This document shows, piece after piece, positions 56,715-64,000 of a stretch of 64,000 nt of DNA. This DNA is from Eledone cirrhosa (taxonomy: Eukaryota): assembly GCA_964016885.1 (NCBI GenBank), contig CAXHJY010001127.1, forward strand, positions 1 to 64,000, given 5' to 3'. Both the position numbers and the translations under genes were made by a program. Positions within the stretch are counted from its first letter, which is position 1. Every line of letters starts with the position of its first letter. The notes under the pieces are model-generated. The model did not search any database, was not told the DNA's origin, and saw only the letters and a program-made list of their open reading frames with translations.

Positions 56715-57400
56715 TAAATGTTTCTACATTTGGCACAAGGCCAGCAATTATCCCAGTGCATTACTGGTACTTTATTTTATAGACCCCCGTAAGGATGAAA
56801 GCCAAAGTTAACCTCGGCGGGATTTGAACTCATATCATAAAGGGAGGTAACTCTATGCTGCAAAGCATGGCATCCGACCCTCCACCGTTACTGCCAATTC
56901 ACTACCCAAATAATAATTGTTTCTACTTTAGGCGAAAGGCCAGCAATTATCCCAGTGTATTACTGGTACTTTATTGTATCGACCCCGTAAGGATGAAAGG
57001 CAAAGTTAACTTCAGCGGGATTTGAATTCAGACCATAAAGGGCCGTAACTGTTTGCTGCAAAGCATGGCGTCCGACTCTGATTCCATTTATTTGCCACAA
57101 GGGCCGACATGTAGGGGACAATACAAAGACAGGGACAGTGGGGGGTTACAATAAGGTCGAGTAAAAGTGCACACTGGCAAGACTAATTTAACAATGGAGA
57201 TATAAAAATATAAAATAACAACAATTGTTTCTACTTTTGGCACAAGGCCAGCAAATTACTCAGTGTATTACTGGTACTTTATTTTATCGACCCTGTAAGG
57301 ATGAAAGGCAAAGTTAACCTCAGCGGGATTTGAACTCAGAATGGCAAGGGACGTAACTCTATGTGTCAAAGCATGGCGTCCGACCCTCTACCGATTGCCA
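56715..57400 (-). mobile_element. Three tRNA-SINE copies with an interposed Tx1 3' UTR fragment (57085-57220)
   Basis: SINE cores at ~56760, 56960 and 57270. The LINE tail matches 2410-2545. Confidence 0.88.
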
Positions 57401-57941
57401 TTAGATTAAATAAAACGAATTAATTATACATACATACATATATATATATATATAAAAAAAAGAAAGGTGAACAGAATAAAGGAATGAAAGAACGAAGGAA
57501 TGAGAGTTTGTCTTTTTCTTCGTTTCAAATACTTCTATTCGGTTAATCCAGAATTCTTGTTCGGTTTCAAGACAATTTCTTGATACTGCCAATCCACCGC
57601 CCTAAACAATAATAATAATAATCACTCGCATTAAAAACAAGAAAAAACAGCAATATTAACATCAGCAATATTAAACACAACAACAACAACAACAACAACA
57701 GTAGCAGCAGCAGTAGAAATATCCTAACAACTACTACAGCAAAAACAACATCAACATTATTTAAGACAACAACAACAATAACAACAATAACTATGTGTCA
57801 CCAATAAAGCAAGGACAAATATGAGAGGTGGTAATGTTTACGAGATATCCCTTTTACTAAGTAAATTGCTACATCTACAATTACCTTCTTTTATATATAT
57901 TTATTTTAATATATATCGAGTTATTTTTCATGGCCATAAAT

Positions 57942-58266
<325 letters not shown>

Positions 58267-58696
58267 ATATATATATATAATACAAGGACGAATTATTGGT
58301 TGGTGACGCGCGTTTCACTACTCAAGGTTCGATCTGTATAGATCTAGCCCGACTCTGGAATGAAAAGCCCGTCGTACACCTTTTGTAGTGATGACAGAAT
58401 ATATATATATATATGGTTGTATAATACATGTGTCCCTATATGTTTTTTGCGTGTAGGGATATATACTTTATTATTATTAATCTCCCCCCCCCCCCCCGGT
58501 CGAGATAAAATTTGGTCGTTTTGACTGCTGCTATTTATAGTGGTAGTAGATTGACCTTCCTGCCTCTGCCTTCTATCTTTGCACACGGCACTGGACAGAA
58601 TTGCTTCCACATCATTCATTCTCATCTCGGGAACAATTTTGAATAGCGCCAGTTCGTAATTCGAACTCGGGAATTTTATATTCTCCGAGTGAAAAA

Positions 58697-58782
58697 ACCT
58701 TCTGACGAGAGTTTATCTTTTCAATGGAGGCCCGCAAGGACTATCCATTTATTTTTGAGACTCGAAACCGTTCGGTAAAGGT
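58697..58782 (+). ncRNA. Type I hammerhead ribozyme motif with extended helix II (family E)
   Basis: acctt-CTGACGA-gagttt...aatggaggccc[GCAA]ggactatccatt...agactc-GAAA-ccg[tt]cgg-TA-aaggt. Predicted cleavage after A58777 (GUA). Confidence 0.8.
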
Positions 58783-58855
58783 AACCATAGTAAGTACAGT
58801 GAATTTTTTGAAATTTACTTTAAAACTTTTTCTTATTTGCTAAACCTTGATTATA

Positions 58856-58902
<47 letters not shown>

Positions 58903-59404
58903 ACATTTTCAGGAACCTGACGGCTGAGTTCCGGCCACCGTTTCAAGTAGATCCGATAACTGGTTTTTACCGCCTCCAATCTGATCTCTCTCTCTGCCCC
59001 CGCCCCTCTGTATCTCTCTCTCCCACCCACACCATCTCTTTCTCTCTCTCTCTCTCTGTGCATTCATGTGTGTGTGTGTTGTATGTGTAAGTGGATAGTT
59101 TAAGGTCTTGTCAAGATTAGAATTTTGTTGAGGTTTGATATTATAAATCCTGGAAAGAAAAGATATATTTTGGTAACACCCAATGTAAATGTAAAATAAA
59201 CATTTTCATCTTCGACTCCGTCTCCTTAACTAACTACCATCAGAACGAGAATCATGGCTTTTTTTTTTATATATACATTTATTCATTCTTTTAATTAATT
59301 TAAATAAGATTTTTTAAAAAATGTTTAATAGAAAAAAATCCAGAAAATTTTATTTATATAAAAACATCGACAAAAAAATAACTTCGAAATGAAATAATTG
59401 AGTT

Positions 59405-60820
59405 TCGGTGGATTGGCAGTCTCGGTAGAGGGTCGGACGCCGTGCTTTCCAGCATAGTTACGTCCCTTTACGGTCTGAGTTCAAATCCCGCCGAGGTTGA
59501 CTTTGCCTTTCATCCTTACGGGGTCGATAAAATAAAGTACCAGTAATGCACTGGGTAATTGCTGGCCTTGTGCCTAAAGTAGAAACAATTATTTATAATA
59601 ATGAAAATAATGGTTTCTTATATAGGCACAAAGCCAGCAACTTTTAGGCGGGGAGGGGAAAGTCGACTAAATCAACCCCAGTGTGTGACTGGTACTTTAT
59701 TATATCGACCCTGTAAGGATGAAAGGCAAAGTTAACCTCGGCGGGATTTGAACTCAGATCATGAAGGGCCCTAACTCTATGCGGCAAAGCTCTACCGATA
59801 CTGCCAATCCCCCGCCCTTATAATAATTGTTTCTACTTTAGGCACAAGGCCAGCAATTACCCAGTGCATTACTGGTACTTTTATTTTATCGACCCCGTAA
59901 GGATGAAAAGCAAAGTCAACCTCGGCGGGATTTGAACTCAGATCGTAAAGGGACGTAACTATGCTGGAAAGCATGGCGTCCGACCCTCTACTGAGACTGC
60001 CAATCCACCGCCCTCTCCCGCCCTTATAATAATGATAATAATAATTGTTTCTACCTTTGGCACAAGGCCAGCAATCATCCCAGTGCATTACTGGTACTTT
60101 ATTTTATCGACCCCCGTAAGGATGGAAGGCAAAGTTAACCTCGGCGGGATTTGAACTCAGAATGGCAAGGGCTGTAACTCTATGCGTCAAAGCATGGCGT
60201 CCGACCCTCTACCGATACTGACAACCTCTCGCCCTTATAATAATGATAATAATGATGATGATTTAATTGTTGTTGTTGTTGCTGCTATTGAATTAAATGA
60301 GAAAAGAAAATGTATATTTGTATAGATGGATTGTATTCCATGGTAGTGTTTTATTGGTACAATATATCTTCAGATAAAATGTTTAATGGTGTTGTTGTTG
60401 TTGTTGTCATCAACTTTTTTTCAAATTTCACTTGGAAAGGAAGGTGAGGGTGGAGAGAGGAGTGCTGCCCCTCACCCAGCAGTACATTTGATGAGAGGTC
60501 GATGAATGTGGCGAGAATTGCAATATCGGTAGAGGGTCGTATGCTATGCTTTGCAACATAGAGTTACGGGCCTTGCCATTCCGAGTTCAAATCCAGCCGA
60601 GGTTAACTTTGCCTTTCATTCTTACAGGGTCGATAAAATAGAGTACCAGTAATGCACTGGATAATTGCTGGCCTTGTGCCAAAAAAGTAGAAACAATTAT
60701 TATCGATTTGTTTCTGAGTTCAAATGTCACCGAGGTTAGCTTTGTCTTTCATCCTTTCGCGGGTGAAATCGATAAATTAAAGTACCAGTAACACACTTGT
60801 GTCCATTTAATCGATTCCCC
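59405..60820. mobile_element. SINE cluster in mixed orientations (plus 59405-59592; minus 59610-60235, three copies; plus 60518-60695 and 60712-60820) with a Tx1 fragment at 60415-60520
   Basis: Repeated SINE core on both strands. 60415-60520 matches the reverse complement of 2725-2830. Confidence 0.88.
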
Positions 60821-60921
60821 TCCACCATACAAAAATTATATATATATATATATATGCTTATATATATATATATAAGCATCTATATACACATATATTCATA
60901 CATACATCTCTCTCTCTCATG

Positions 60922-60955
<34 letters not shown>

Positions 60956-61045
60956 TATACACATGCGTGTGTCTGCCAATCACTATCTTTCGTTTTTTTT
61001 CTTTATCATTGTCTCAGTAACTGTACTCATGAATATATATATATA

Positions 61046-61108
<63 letters not shown>

Positions 61109-61509
61109 TGTGTGTGTGTGTATATACACTATATAAAACTTGATTGTGATTTCCTCATTAAAATTCCAGCAAATATATTCCTGTGAAGTAACAATGTACT
61201 GTTGTTTGTGTCTAGACATTCTCAAACATTCTTACTTCGTGGGTGTTTATGTGCATATAATTTATATATATATATACATATACATACATGTCTATATACA
61301 CATACATATGTACTTATATAAAAAATTATTTAAGTACCCACTTTATCTTCACGAAAAGTCTCATACATAATACATAGTTGCATACATACATATAGATATC
61401 TCTCTCTCTCTCTCTCTCTCTCTACATATATATATATATACATACATATACATACATATATATTCATGTGTGTATATATATATATATATATATACATACA
61501 TATATATTC

Positions 61510-61540
<31 letters not shown>

Positions 61541-62079
61541 CATACATATATATTCATGTGTGTATATATCTACGTTTATATATATATATATACAGTATAT
61601 ATATATAGATATATATGTAAACATATATATTCACGTCTATATATATATATATGTGTGTGTGTGAGTGTGTATATATAATATATATGTATATATATATATG
61701 TTTATATGTGTGTGTGTATATAATATATATGTATATATGTATGTTTATATGTGTGTGTATATAATATATATGTATATATGTATGTTTATATGTGTGTGTA
61801 TAATATATATGTATATATATGTATGTTTATATATGTATGTATGTATATATACATGTATATATATAACTCGTTATATATATAACTCGTTCAGCGCATCGGT
61901 AGGGGTTCTCCTACATGGATATAAAGTAGTGGCCGTACTCGAAAACGAGTTGGCAGCCACCATATATACATGTACGTTTATATATATTTATATTTATATA
62001 TATTTATATATATATATATTTATATATATGTATAACATATATGTATATAGGTATAGTTATATGTGTGTTTTTATGTATT

Positions 62080-62140
<61 letters not shown>

Positions 62141-62191
62141 ATTATATATATATTATATATATATATATATTATATATATATTATATATATA

Positions 62192-62229
<38 letters not shown>

Positions 62230-62290
62230 TATATATATATTATATATATATATATATGTATATATGTATAGTTATATGTGTGTTTTTATG

Positions 62291-62337
<47 letters not shown>

Positions 62338-63440
62338 ATACACACACTCGCATATGCACATGACGTCTGTGCTGGTATGTGTGTCTCCATTACAAGGCCA
62401 TGAAACAAAACCAGTTAGCGACGTCGTTAATGGACAATAAAATTTATATAGTATCGCCAATAACGAAGTTCGACTATTTATGATGAACCTGATATCAATG
62501 GCTGAAATACCGCAGCGTTTAACACTAGATAATTTACAATAGTTAAGTAGTAATCTGCACTACGTCACACTCTATCAAATAGAGTATTAATGAGAAAATA
62601 TTAGTAGAACGCACAACCACCTTATATATGTATAAACTTTATTTCTATATAGGCTTCGCAATAAACCGAGAATATTTAAACATGGAAGTCATATATTGGC
62701 ACAACATAGTGTAACAATTAATACAGAGATTACTGTGAAGTTATAATAGTAATCGTTTGACTTAATACGACATTTTGTTAAACAACACTTCCATCAGCAT
62801 CAACATCGTCAGTACCAGCGTCTTGTTTTTGCTTAATACATCCTTTTTCAAATTCCGCTAATGCTAGAAGATTTAAAGTCAGTTATCAAGTATAAGCATA
62901 CTTTTTGCACCAATTTCATTTTTTATTTTTTATTTTATTTTTTATTTTTATTTTATTTTAATTTTATTTTAATTTTAATTTTTATTTTAATTTTTATTTT
63001 AATTTTTATTTTTATTTTTATTTTTATTTTTATTTTTATTTTTATTTTTATTTTTATTTTTATTTTTTTATTTTTATGGTTCTCCAGTTAATGTGTCGAA
63101 ATCCCTTTGACCATTTCAGTTGGCAGCTACTGAGTGCAGTTCAGATGATTTGCGTCTTGAATTTGTTTTATTTTATTCTCTTAAGATTACGTTTCTTGAT
63201 CTCTTGTGAAGCTTATATATATATATATATATATATAAAATCTTTTCCTGAGTCCTCTATTTTCGTTGCTCTGGTGATGCGACTGGACTGCCGATCGCTA
63301 TATTTGATTTGCTAAGCTGTCTAAATGTATTGTTATTACTCTGGGGTATTTTTCCCCCATCCGAGTGCTAAAGCTACATACCGAATTTGCATTCGTTAGC
63401 TTGACCGCGAACTAAAGTTTCGTTAATGCTGTACTAAGAT

Positions 63441-63488
<48 letters not shown>

Positions 63489-63499
63489 TTAATATAGAT

Positions 63500-63552
63500 G
63501 AGATTCTACAGGACTAGAACTGTTTCATTCATTAGAAATCATCAGGAATCTC
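63500..63552 (-). ncRNA. Type I hammerhead ribozyme motif (family D), short helix II with a U-U closing mismatch
   Basis: Reverse complement: gagattc-CTGATGA-t-ttc[taat]gaa-t-GAAA-cag[ttctagtc]ctg-TA-gaatctc. Perfect 7-bp helix I, GUA triplet. Confidence 0.7.
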
Positions 63553-63606
63553 AATGTATTGAGTACCTTACTTACTGTGGTTACCTCCGACTCAACCCGG
63601 AATAAC

Positions 63607-63647
<41 letters not shown>

Positions 63648-63663
63648 CATACACTCACAACAG

Positions 63664-63723
63664 TGACATGTACAGGTACTTATGTTTCGTTAGGTTCTGG
63701 ACCCTAACTCATTCAGCCTGTCA
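63664..63723 (-). ncRNA. Type I hammerhead ribozyme motif (family F) with a one-nucleotide core insertion
   Basis: Reverse complement: tgacagg-CTGAATGA-gttagg[gtccagaa]cctaac-GAAA-ca[taagtacc]tg-TA-catgtca. It lies in a TA-flanked fold-back element (63652-63838). Confidence 0.7.
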
Positions 63724-64000
63724 TAAGAAACACCTTAAGTACCTGTTTATGTGACTGTTGTGATTATTCATAGTAAACTCGTCCTATGGACTGAGTGCTC
63801 TTACCCTTGGATATTTCTACCAAATCTTTACTACAGCATATATATATTTTTTTTTTTTGGAACGATCGACTTTCGTCAAATCGGACCGAGGGAACAATGT
63901 TTCCGTTGGTCTTTCCAATTGCTAATACTATCTATCGGTCGCAACTCCAGGTAGAAGGAGCAACGTGAAATAAAGTGTCTTGCTCAAGGACATAACGCAT

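Overview
Eukaryotic (animal) DNA, extremely AT-rich and microsatellite-rich ((TA)n, (CA)n, (GA)n, (GTT)n, (GGT)n, (GAT)n). The repeat content is most consistent with an octopod cephalopod intergenic or intronic region; the taxon is an inference from the SINE and microsatellite landscape. No intact protein-coding gene is supported, and nearly all ORF-track entries are microsatellite translations. Recognisable content: about 30 copies of a tRNA-derived SINE (clusters plus two SINE-derived tandem arrays), a frameshifted CRE-type LINE endonuclease fragment, several L1/Tx1-type LINE 3' ends, hAT, piggyBac, Tc1/mariner and pogo-like MITEs, and Helitron ends. The main signal is a set of several distinct short element families inserted in (TA)n tracts, mostly as fold-back (inverted) structures, carrying type I hammerhead ribozyme motifs (helix I-CUGANGA-helix II-GAAA-short, often palindromic helix III-NUH). 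About ten complete motifs plus several half or variant motifs can be folded by eye. This is the signature of Penelope-like element terminal repeats or retrozyme-like derivatives, and some cores are non-canonical. Small unique islands carry Pbx/Hox+Meis and YY1/Pho-type motif clusters, suggesting regulatory DNA near a developmental gene. Repeat boundaries are approximate (about 10-20 bp); ribozyme and MITE coordinates were counted by hand.
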